This document shows positions 17,358 through 25,547 of a stretch of DNA of 44,113 nucleotides, piece after piece. The notes under the pieces were generated by a model that was not told the origin of the DNA, ran no database searches, and was given only the letters and a program-made list of their open reading frames with translations. How positions within the stretch are numbered: position 1 is the stretch's first letter; the number at the start of each line of letters is the position of its first letter. The stretch lies in the NCBI GenBank assembly GCA_003217895.1, contig QHMS01000254.1, forward strand, positions 1-44,113, in the 5' to 3' direction. The stretch is from Verrucomicrobiota bacterium (GTDB lineage: Bacteria > Verrucomicrobiota > Verrucomicrobiia > Chthoniobacterales > UBA10450). The position numbers were made by a program, and so were the translations under genes.

Positions 17358-18099
17358 AATCCAGAAACTTTCCCCACGATTCGGGCAACTCTGCGGTTTC
17401 GACTTCGCTCGCGATGCGCCCCTCGAATTCCGGATGAAAGATCGTGCTTGTCCCGTAAACCATGATCACATCTTCTGAGCCTTCAGTGCGAATAGCGTGC
17501 GCCACACCCGGTGGAATGACGATGCCGACGTTATTGTTACTCCGATGGTTATCGCCATCGACAAAAAAACGCATCACCCGCCTCGGGAAGCCTACTCGGA
17601 TGTCGCACAAAATTATCTCAACGCGACCCTGTAAGAAAAACATCACGTCCCATTGCTCATCATCGTAGCGACGCAGCGAATAACTCTTCGGCTGCCGAAT
17701 GAATAATCGGCGGTGCCATTTTTCCGGCGTTGTGTCTGCAGGAATGCTGGGCGGATGCAGGTGGAAACCCTTTGCCGTGTGCGCGAACATCCGCGCAGCC
17801 GACCATTGCTTCGGCCAAAAGCCAATCTGCGCGAGAATCCCTTCGTCGCGTCGCACAAATTCGCCAAACAATCCTCTGTGCCGTTGCGGATGAATTTTTC
17901 GCGAGAAAATTTCCACGCCTGGGATCCAGGCTTTCTTAACCTCACGCTGGTTGCGGTCCGCGCTGACAAGTTCACGGGCGTCCAGGCCCCGTCGCGAAAG
18001 TTCCTGTGCGAAAGATGCGCTCCGATAATCACGGGCCTTGAGTGCTTCTTGAGCACCAGGGTCGACGCCTTGCCAAAGATTTTTTTCATGCTTGCTCAT
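17353..18099 (-). CDS. RmlC-like cupin (dTDP-4-dehydrorhamnose 3,5-epimerase-related)
   Basis: 248 aa. Cupin blocks KGFHLH and VIPPGVAHAIR resemble the RmlC family. The exact activity is uncertain. Confidence 0.55.
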   Translation of the reverse strand: MSKHEKNLWQGVDPGAQEALKARDYRSASFAQELSRRGLDARELVSADRNQREVKKAWIPGVEIFSRKIHPQRHRGLFGEFVRRDEGILAQIGFWPKQWSAARMFAHTAKGFHLHPPSIPADTTPEKWHRRLFIRQPKSYSLRRYDDEQWDVMFFLQGRVEIILCDIRVGFPRRVMRFFVDGDNHRSNNNVGIVIPPGVAHAIRTEGSEDVIMVYGTSTIFHPEFEGRIASEVETAELPESWGKFLDL

Positions 18100-18194
18100 T
18101 TTTAGTTCGGTTAGCAGGTGGCATTATATTGGTTGAAGCAAGCCGCAGGCAAATCTACTCTGCCCCGCCACACTGCAATACCGGCAGTTCCGCA

Positions 18195-20126
18195 ATGCTC
18201 GATTTTGTCGCTTATCTCCTTTATCGCGCGGGGTCTGCCATTGCCGGCGCGCTGCCATTGCAGGTGCTCTTCGCTGTTGGGCAAATTCTCGGCTCTGGAG
18301 TGTGGCTCGTTTCAGGGAAATATCGACGCCTGGCAGAACGCAATGTTGCCATTGCGTTTGCCAATGAAAAGTCGCCAAGCGAATTGCGTCGTCTTGTGCG
18401 GCGGCATTTTCAACGGCTCGGGGCGAACCTGCTGTGCGGCGTCAAGCTCTGCACGATGCCGCCTGAGAAGATTCTGCGCCACGTCGAAGTCGAAAATGTA
18501 GAGTCGATGGCTTCGCGATTTCGTGCCGGAGTTCCCGTCGTTCTGATCTTAAGCCACCTCGGTATTTGGGAATTGTTCGCGCAATTGATGCCGAAGTTCG
18601 TCGGTTTTGTGCGGAACGCGAGTGTCTATCAAGGACTCGGCAATCGTTTCATTGACGAACATGTGCGCCGCACACGGAGCCAGACTGGCTTGGAGCTGTT
18701 CGATCGCCACGACGGATTTGAGCCGGTGATCGAGCTGTTGCGTTCCGGCGGCGGCGTGGGTGTTTTGTCGGATCAACACGCTGGCGATCAAGGGCTCTGG
18801 ACGCCGTTTTTCGGGAGACTGGCGTCCACTTCGCCTCTGCCTGGTTTACTCGCGAAGCGCACCCGCGCGGCGGTCATCGCCGCTGCGGTTTACACCACTG
18901 CTCCAGCGCGCTGGCGCATGGTATTCACCGAGCGCTTTGATCAGGCTGGCGCTTCTATTGCAGACCTCACCTCAAAAATAAACAAGGTGATTGAGCAACA
19001 GATTCGCGTTGCGCCGGAAGATTGGTTTTGGGTCCATAATCGGTGGAAAACGCCCCAGCCTAATTTTCTTCTCGCGCGATATAAACGCGGCGTCTATCTG
19101 CCGTCGGAAGTTTCAGTTCACGAACTAAAGCCATTTCGAATTCTCGTTCGTTCAAGCAACTGGCTGGGCGACGCAGTGATGAGCGTGCCCGCGGTCCGCG
19201 CGATCAAGAACGGGCGCCCTGACGTTCAAGTTACAATCGCTGTGCCAGCTAACATAGCGCCGATGTGGAAGCTCGTTCCTGAAGTAGATGCGATTATTCC
19301 TCTGCCAAATGGTTCGCTGCTTTCGGCTGTTGCGTTGCTCCAGCAACCATCGCCTTTTGATGCCGCGATTCTTTTTCCGAATTCGCTGCGTGTCGCTCTT
19401 GAATCCTGGCTGAGTGGCATTCCACGCAGGGTGGGTTATCGCGGACATTGGAGGAGATGGCTGCTGAACCAAACTGTGCCCGACCCGCAAAAACCGGGAC
19501 CGCTGGAACATCACTCACTGCGTTTTCTTCGGATCGCGCGCGAATGCGGCGCGGAGACGTCAAATTCCGAACTTCCAACTCCGATGGATCGCGAGCAGGC
19601 ACCCAACTTCCAAATTACGGTCGCCGATCAACCGCTGAAAATCGGCCTTTGTCCCGGCGCAGAGTACGGCCCGGCTAAACGATGGCTCCCGGAGCGATTC
19701 GCCGAGGTGGCCGCAAAGGTTAGCGCGCAATCAACGGTGCGATGGATTTTGTTCGGAACCAACAACGATGCGGCGATAGGCGATCAGATCACGGCTGCAA
19801 TGCGCGATCACTGCGTGAATCGGATCGGCCAGACTAGGCTTGATCAACTTATCGACGAGTTGCGCGACTGCCATATACTCCTTACCAATGATACCGGCAC
19901 AATGCACCTCGCCGCGTTGCTCGGCGTACCAGTAGTCGCCATTTTCGGTTCCACTGAGCCGCGTCTGACTGGGCCACTCGGCAATGGTCACATTATCCTG
20001 CGGCATCACGTCGAATGCAGCCCCTGTTTGCTCCGCGAGTGTCCAATAGATTTTCGCTGCATGAAGGCGGTCAGCGCTCAGGAAGCGGCCGATGCAGTGC
20101 GGTCGATAGTGGCCGAGAAACTTTAG
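18195..20126 (+). CDS. fusion: lipid A (Kdo2-lipid IVA) acyltransferase LpxL/HtrB-like domain + glycosyltransferase family 9 (heptosyltransferase-like) domain
   Basis: Start set at ATG 18195 (MLDFVAYLLYR...). The N-terminal ~300 aa end in the LpxL-type EDWFWVHNRWK. They are directly followed by FRILVRSSNWLGDAVMSVPAVRAIK and the GT9-type C-terminus NDTGTMHLAALLGVPVVAIFG. Confidence 0.8.
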   Translation: MLDFVAYLLYRAGSAIAGALPLQVLFAVGQILGSGVWLVSGKYRRLAERNVAIAFANEKSPSELRRLVRRHFQRLGANLLCGVKLCTMPPEKILRHVEVENVESMASRFRAGVPVVLILSHLGIWELFAQLMPKFVGFVRNASVYQGLGNRFIDEHVRRTRSQTGLELFDRHDGFEPVIELLRSGGGVGVLSDQHAGDQGLWTPFFGRLASTSPLPGLLAKRTRAAVIAAAVYTTAPARWRMVFTERFDQAGASIADLTSKINKVIEQQIRVAPEDWFWVHNRWKTPQPNFLLARYKRGVYLPSEVSVHELKPFRILVRSSNWLGDAVMSVPAVRAIKNGRPDVQVTIAVPANIAPMWKLVPEVDAIIPLPNGSLLSAVALLQQPSPFDAAILFPNSLRVALESWLSGIPRRVGYRGHWRRWLLNQTVPDPQKPGPLEHHSLRFLRIARECGAETSNSELPTPMDREQAPNFQITVADQPLKIGLCPGAEYGPAKRWLPERFAEVAAKVSAQSTVRWILFGTNNDAAIGDQITAAMRDHCVNRIGQTRLDQLIDELRDCHILLTNDTGTMHLAALLGVPVVAIFGSTEPRLTGPLGNGHIILRHHVECSPCLLRECPIDFRCMKAVSAQEAADAVRSIVAEKL

Positions 20127-20141
20127 ATCTGAAATTACGCT

Positions 20142-20555
20142 ATGGCTCCGCCGCGAATCCGCACAGAGATGCAAGTGATGTTTTTCGATACCGATTGCGG
20201 AGGCGTCGTCTCTAATATCGCTTATTTGCGTTTCATTGAGATCGCGCGCACACATCTTACCGAGGAACTCGGCCTCGCCTTGCGAGAAATGGCCGAAAAA
20301 CAAACCTATCCGGTCGTGGTGCGCACCGAGATTGATTATCGCCGCGCGGCCAAAATCGGGGACCAGCTCGTGATTGAAGGCTGGCTTGAACAGGTGGAAC
20401 GCGCGCGATTCTGGTGCTCATTTCAAATCATACGACCGGAGGACAACACGTTGATTGCCCAATGCCGTCAGATGCTTGCACTGATCGAGATGCCCACGGG
20501 AAAATTGCTGCGTTTGCCTGAAGATTGGCAAGAATATGTAAAACAGGTCCCGTGA
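20142..20555 (+). CDS. acyl-CoA thioesterase, hotdog fold (YbgC/4HBT family)
   Basis: 137 aa. VMFFDTDCGGVVSN (catalytic Asp context) is typical of YbgC-like thioesterases. Confidence 0.8.
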   Translation: MAPPRIRTEMQVMFFDTDCGGVVSNIAYLRFIEIARTHLTEELGLALREMAEKQTYPVVVRTEIDYRRAAKIGDQLVIEGWLEQVERARFWCSFQIIRPEDNTLIAQCRQMLALIEMPTGKLLRLPEDWQEYVKQVP

Positions 20556-20612
20556 TGTATCCCGAAGGCGAATGCCAAAGCGCAAGGAATATTTCCGGCG
20601 AAACCTAATTCA

Positions 20613-22406
20613 ATGACCGCTGGCACCCAGACGTTAAGGTTGGAAGAAACTTTACTTGAGCCACCGGCGCTGCCTCCACCGCCCACGCGTCACGCACTGT
20701 TTGCGATTCTAATTGCTTTGGCGGCGCTGTTATACGTGGCAACGATTGGCACAGGCGATCTGTACAGCCAAACCGAGGGACAATACGCAGGAGCGGCCCG
20801 CGAGATGGTCGAGACCCATCGATGGCTCCTGCCAACAAACGACGGCATTCCGCGCCTGCAAAAACCGCCGTTGCTCTACTGGCTCATTATTGTTTCGTTC
20901 AAGCTCTTTGGCGTAAACGCAGCAGCAGCGCGCCTCCCAGGTGCGCTCGCGGTCGTCGCTTTAGTTGCCTTGATTTTTTTGATTGGGGAAAAGCTCACGG
21001 ACTACTGGCGCGGTTTCATAGCAGGTCTCATTTATCTCAGTTGCTGCGGTACATTTTTGCTCGCGCGCATAGTTATGCCTGAACCGCTTGTAGGCGCGTT
21101 TATGGCCGCCACGGTCTTCTGCGGGTTGTGCGGTTATCAGCGCCGGCGTCATCGGTCGGCTTGGTTCGCTGGCTTCTGGATTTGCTCGGCCTTCGCTTGC
21201 CTTACCAAAGGCTTACTCGGTCTTGTTTATCCGGCGACGATTTTTCTTTTGCTGTCGATCTTTTATCGCGAAGCGCGTTTGCGATATCGCGCGCTTTTAC
21301 GATGGGAATATCTGGCGATCTTTCTTTTGATCGCTGCCCCTTGGCACATCTGGACGCAATGGAAGTTCCCGGGGTACTTTCACTACCTTATCGTCCGGGA
21401 ATGGGAGGGTCATCTGTGGGGGCTTTCTGACGACCTGCGTGATTATTTGGGCGTGCCTGTCTACCAATTTGTGCTGATGCATTTGGCTTGGTGGTTTCCG
21501 TGGTCGATCGCGCTGCTCCCGGGAATGATCTTCGCCTGGCGTCGCGTGATGCGTCCGCATGAGATCTATTTCGGCGATGCACTTCTGCTTTGCTGGATGG
21601 GTGTCGTTTTTGTCCCGCTGCTCTTTCTGGGTCAACGGCAGGACTATTATTCGATGAGTATGTGGAGCGCGTTTGCGCTCTGGGCAGCAGTGGCGTGGGG
21701 CCGGATGCCACAGAGGTGGCGCATCGCAGGAACAATCACCGTCGCTCTCAGCGGTGTGGTGTGCGCTGCGGCGGCCTTCTTCCTTGCCCGTGCCGCGCGC
21801 CCTTTGAACGGAAACTGGGGAACGATGGACGCGCGCTGGACGGCCTGGAGGGCATTGCACGACATGCCTGTTTCAGCCTGGCTGGCATCGTGGCCATTGC
21901 TGGCAATAACGGGTAGCTCGCTCATGCTTTTCTCGCTGGTGGCACTTTATCTTGTTTTCAAACAACGCGAAAAACTCGCCGCGGTCGCTCTGGCCGTTTC
22001 GATGGTTCCGTGCGGGCTCGCCATGATGGACGGTGTCGCGCGGGTCGCACCCTATTTCTCACTCGCGAACGTGGCACGATTTCTAAATCCGCGACTCGAA
22101 GCAGGCGGCGATACGATTTTCGAAGGACCGCTGGAAGAAAGCAGTAGCCTTGTTTTTTATCTGAACAGGAAGTTCTTTCTTGTTAATCAAAACCGCCAGA
22201 AGGCGGCGCCTCTCGGCACGCCCCCGGTCGATATTTTCCTGAATGAATACGCGGTTTTAAGGAAATGGGCTCAACCCGAAGCGGTTTATCTCATAGTGGA
22301 ACAAAGCCGGGCCGATTACTGGAAACAGCTATTGACCAGTCGCTTTCACGTTTATCACCAGATCATCACGTCGGGGACGTACGTAGTGCTGAGCAATCAA
22401 TTGTGA
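20613..22406 (+). CDS. glycosyltransferase family 39 (ArnT/PMT-like, lipid-carrier-dependent)
   Basis: 597 aa with more than 10 hydrophobic helices. The N-terminal loop [40 protein letters not shown] is typical of ArnT-like enzymes. Confidence 0.8.
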   Translation: MTAGTQTLRLEETLLEPPALPPPPTRHALFAILIALAALLYVATIGTGDLYSQTEGQYAGAAREMVETHRWLLPTNDGIPRLQKPPLLYWLIIVSFKLFGVNAAAARLPGALAVVALVALIFLIGEKLTDYWRGFIAGLIYLSCCGTFLLARIVMPEPLVGAFMAATVFCGLCGYQRRRHRSAWFAGFWICSAFACLTKGLLGLVYPATIFLLLSIFYREARLRYRALLRWEYLAIFLLIAAPWHIWTQWKFPGYFHYLIVREWEGHLWGLSDDLRDYLGVPVYQFVLMHLAWWFPWSIALLPGMIFAWRRVMRPHEIYFGDALLLCWMGVVFVPLLFLGQRQDYYSMSMWSAFALWAAVAWGRMPQRWRIAGTITVALSGVVCAAAAFFLARAARPLNGNWGTMDARWTAWRALHDMPVSAWLASWPLLAITGSSLMLFSLVALYLVFKQREKLAAVALAVSMVPCGLAMMDGVARVAPYFSLANVARFLNPRLEAGGDTIFEGPLEESSSLVFYLNRKFFLVNQNRQKAAPLGTPPVDIFLNEYAVLRKWAQPEAVYLIVEQSRADYWKQLLTSRFHVYHQIITSGTYVVLSNQL

Positions 22407-22511
22407 GATACGGTTGATTAGGTAGAACGGCCGTCTATTTGAAAAATTCTGTCTGTGGCTTAATTTCGCAGGCTACGTTTCGATTCTAACTCTTTTACCT
22501 TTTCAACACCC

Positions 22512-22667
22512 ATGTCGCAACATCGCAGTTTAAAAGGAGCCAGCACGATCGCTACCAAGCGCAATGTGCTGAAACGCTTCGAGCGCGTCGAGATTCTGAA
22601 GAAGCGCGGTCAGTGGAAGAACGGCCAGAAAGTCATCGGCCTGCCGAAAACCAAACCGGACGTGTAA
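22512..22667 (+). CDS. small basic protein (~51 aa), PVC-type
   Basis: Hand-translated ORF below the track cutoff: MSQHRSLKGASTIATKRNVLKRFERVEILKKRGQWKNGQKVIGLPKTKPDV. It matches my memory of a conserved small basic protein family (SQH.SLKG...KRNVLKR.ER...L...G.W). TAA at 22665-22667. Confidence 0.7.
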   Translation: MSQHRSLKGASTIATKRNVLKRFERVEILKKRGQWKNGQKVIGLPKTKPDV

Positions 22668-22753
22668 ACCGGTTGATCGGTTGAGTGCTTAAGTGGTTGA
22701 GTGGCCAAACAGCGACATCCCTCAACCTTCACCCGCCCAAGCTGTCAACCACG

Positions 22754-23530
22754 ATGCGCCTCAACCGTTTCCTCGCGGCGGCCGGCCTCGGATCGCGCCG
22801 ACATTGTGATGAGTTGATCGCGACGGGTCGCGTTATCATCAACGGTAAAGTCTGCACAAACTTCAGCGCTCAGCCCGGCGCGCGCGACCACGTCAAAGTG
22901 GATGGCAGATTGGTTCGCGCCGCTCCGGCGCTAACCGTCATGTTGCATAAGCCCGCGGGATTTGTTTCAACTCGAAAAGATGAGCATGCGCGCGGCACCG
23001 TGTTTGATCTCCTTCCACAAAAATTTTCCCGGCTCTTCAACATCGGGCGTCTGGACGCGCAAACTGAGGGGTTGCTTCTTCTCACAAATGACGGCGACCT
23101 CGCGCAGGCGCTTACTCATCCGCGCTATGAGACCGACAAGGAATATGAGGTGACGCTGGATCAGCCGTGGGATCCAGCACTCGCTGCGAAATTGCTTCAG
23201 GGAATTTTTCTGGATGGCCAGCGAGCCAGAATCGCGCGACTTCATTCAATCTCGGCCACGCGGTTGCGTGTTGTGTTGCAGCAGGGAATCAATCGGCAGA
23301 TTCGCCGCATGTTTAAAACAGTTGGCTACCACGTCAAACATCTTCTCCGCGTTCGCGTTGGAAATCTTCGCCTTGCCGATCTGCCGCGCGGACATTGGCG
23401 GGTACTCACAAAACGCGAGCTTGCATCTCTTTCTGTCATTCCGAGCGACAGTCGCCTGCCACGCCGTAGTCTTACGGCGAAGGCGGGAGGAATCTCTGGC
23501 TATTCGTTAAAACGAAATGAAACTCGATGA
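22754..23530 (+). CDS. pseudouridine synthase, RsuA/RluB/RluF family
   Basis: Start set at ATG 22754 (MRLNRFLAAAGLGSRRHCDELI is an S4 domain). Catalytic block GRLDAQTEGLLLLTNDG. The last ~30 codons run through a hairpin-forming element and overlap the next gene by 14 nt. Confidence 0.85.
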   Translation: MRLNRFLAAAGLGSRRHCDELIATGRVIINGKVCTNFSAQPGARDHVKVDGRLVRAAPALTVMLHKPAGFVSTRKDEHARGTVFDLLPQKFSRLFNIGRLDAQTEGLLLLTNDGDLAQALTHPRYETDKEYEVTLDQPWDPALAAKLLQGIFLDGQRARIARLHSISATRLRVVLQQGINRQIRRMFKTVGYHVKHLLRVRVGNLRLADLPRGHWRVLTKRELASLSVIPSDSRLPRRSLTAKAGGISGYSLKRNETR

Positions 23531-24314
23531 TTGCAGCGCGCTAATCACGGGCGCTTCTTCCGGCATCGGCCGCGAATTTGCGCGGCAACTTGCAAAGTGC
23601 GCGCGCAGAATTGTTCTCGTCGCACGAAGAAGCGAACGCTTAGCCAATTTGCGCGACGAATTATTGAACCAAAATCCAAACCTGGACGTCCACGTTCGCG
23701 TTGTCGATCTCACCGACAACGCGCAGATCGAATCGCTAATCGATTCGCTCGCGCGTGATAAGGTCGATGTCGATCTGCTCATCAACAACGCCGGGCTCGG
23801 CGACAGCGGGCCCTTCGCGACCAGTGATCCCATTCGCAACGAACAAATGGCGCTGGTAAACGTGATGGCGCTTACCTCACTCACTCGCCGTTTGCTTCCG
23901 CACATGGTCGCGAAGCGGCGCGGCGGGATTCTCAATATTAGCTCGTCGGCTGGCTTTCTTCCCATCCCTGGCGACGCCGTTTATGCCGCCACCAAAGCGT
24001 ATGTGACAAGTTTTTCTGAAGCACTCCGGGCCGAACTTCGCGGAACAGGCGTCAGCGTATGCGCTGTCTGCCCCGGTCCTGTGCGCACCGAATTTCAAGA
24101 AGTCGCAAAGCGTCCGGGCGGCCAGCCCGAAATGGGTTCGAAAATCTTTTTTGTTTCAGTCAGGCAAGTCGCGCGCGCGGGGCTGGCAGCGCTGGAAGCA
24201 GACCGGCCGGTCGTGATTCCCGGATTCGCAATGAAGTTTGCGATGTTTCTGTCTCGGCTGATGCCGATGCCAGTCGTGCGCCTGGCACTGCGGCTCTCGC
24301 CGGGGCGAGGGTGA
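23517..24314 (+). CDS. short-chain dehydrogenase/reductase (SDR)
   Basis: TGASSGIG cofactor motif and the YAATKAYV (YxxxK) catalytic motif. Confidence 0.85.
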   Translation: MKLDDCSALITGASSGIGREFARQLAKCARRIVLVARRSERLANLRDELLNQNPNLDVHVRVVDLTDNAQIESLIDSLARDKVDVDLLINNAGLGDSGPFATSDPIRNEQMALVNVMALTSLTRRLLPHMVAKRRGGILNISSSAGFLPIPGDAVYAATKAYVTSFSEALRAELRGTGVSVCAVCPGPVRTEFQEVAKRPGGQPEMGSKIFFVSVRQVARAGLAALEADRPVVIPGFAMKFAMFLSRLMPMPVVRLALRLSPGRG

Positions 24315-24337
24315 ACAGCATGCAGATCCGCAAGCAA

Positions 24338-24364
24338 AAGCGGCGGTCACTCTGACCGCCGCTT
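24338..24364. terminator. bidirectional hairpin between convergent genes
   Basis: AAGCGGCGGTCA-ctc-TGACCGCCGCTT forms a 12-bp perfect stem. It sits between the SDR stop (24314) and the redoxin stop (24392), with TTTGCTTG following on the minus strand. Confidence 0.45.
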
Positions 24365-24391
24365 CGAAACTTTACAAGCAACAACGTCGCT

Positions 24392-25024
24392 CTATGACGA
24401 CTTGTATGTGACGTGGCAGCCGTACGGCTTTGTCTGTCGCGTAGTTACAGGTTTGCCTGCCAGGGACTCATCCAACGCAGCTTTAACATAGTTCGTAGAG
24501 CTGGGAATATCCGCCGGATTCGGCGTCGCCTTGCTGTCGATCGCTCCTTCGTAGGCGATTTTTCCCTCTGGATTGATGATCACCATGTCAGGCGTGTTCT
24601 TGGCGCCGTAAGCGCGCGCCGCTTTGCCTTCGGGATCGAGTAGCAACGCGGTCTGATGCGTCTTCCACGCAGTTGTAATCTTTTCCGCCTCCTCCGGCGT
24701 CAGACTACCCTGGGTGCCGGGCGCATTGGAAGCGATGGTGAGCCAGACAACGCCTTTGCCCGTATATTCATCCTGCAACTTTTGCATGTTGTCGCTGCCG
24801 TAATGCTTCTTCACAAACGGGCATTCCGGATTGAACCATTCGAGCACGACATATTTACTCTTGTATTGCGAAAGCGAATGCGTCTTGCCTTTCGCGTCGG
24901 TAAGCGAAAAATCCGGGGCCGCGCTGCCCACCGGAGGCGGATCGAAGGCAAAGACTGCGGTGGCGATCAGTGATGTGATAACGGTCAAAGCTATTTTCAT
25001 TTTCATAGATTGATTAGAAAGCAT
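24392..25024 (-). CDS. secreted redoxin/AhpC-TSA-like thioredoxin-fold protein
   Basis: Signal peptide (MKMKIALTVITSLIATAVFA) and the WFNPECPFVKKHY active-site-like block. The true start may be the internal MKMK. Confidence 0.75.
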   Translation of the reverse strand: MLSNQSMKMKIALTVITSLIATAVFAFDPPPVGSAAPDFSLTDAKGKTHSLSQYKSKYVVLEWFNPECPFVKKHYGSDNMQKLQDEYTGKGVVWLTIASNAPGTQGSLTPEEAEKITTAWKTHQTALLLDPEGKAARAYGAKNTPDMVIINPEGKIAYEGAIDSKATPNPADIPSSTNYVKAALDESLAGKPVTTRQTKPYGCHVTYKSS

Positions 25025-25083
25025 AGTTGCTGAGAAGGTTCAATTTTCTAAGGAGCAATACATTGGCAATAGCCGGAGAAAAT

Positions 25084-25537
25084 TCAAGGAGACGTAGCTG
25101 GATTACCGCCGAACTTCTCGGCCAGGTTGCGAAGCCCCACGAGAAAATTTTGATTCATCAAATCGACGAGTCGCGCTTCGTATTGCGGGTCAATCTCAAA
25201 TCGCGAAGACCATTCCACATAACAAAGGTCACCATCCGTAATCGGCAATACACGAAGCGTGGTCAGGTGGTTGCGCACCGGAACCGGCGAGCTGACGAAC
25301 GTGTAGGAGTACGAACGTTCTGCGTCTGAAAGAGCGACGAGAACTTCGCGAAATACCTCTCCATCTGTCTGGGTCAAAAACACGGACACATCCAACGCGG
25401 GTTGGATCGCCGCCGTCTTCGATTGGGCTCGATTTCACGAACGGAAGCCAATTCACGACCGCATCGAATGGCCGAATGGTTGCCCATCCTTTCTCCGCCG
25501 CCGCGTTCACAACGCTGCTGACAAAAACCTGAGGCAT
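25084..25537 (-). pseudogene. SRPBCC (Bet v1/polyketide-cyclase-like) protein, interrupted by a +1 frameshift in a T5 run
   Basis: The N-terminal half (MPQVFVSSVVNAAAEKGWATIRPFDAVVNWLPFVKSS...RVGCVRV) and the C-terminal half (LTQTDGEVFREVLVALSDAERSYSYTF...) are in different frames. They join perfectly if the run at 25376-25380 (AAAAA on the plus strand) is 4 nt long instead of 5. Confidence 0.7.
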
Positions 25538-25547
25538 TCCAACGAGC

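Noticed and set aside
23440-23516. The hairpin-forming segment at the 3' end of the pseudouridine synthase gene (cattccgagcgacagtcgcctgccaCGCCGTAgtctTACGGCGaaggcgggaggaatc) as another member of the TGTAG REP family.
   Set aside because: It contains GTAG only inside its stem and lacks the TGTAG-stem-TGY-stem layout. It is probably a different repeat or simply local structure, and there is too little evidence to call it.
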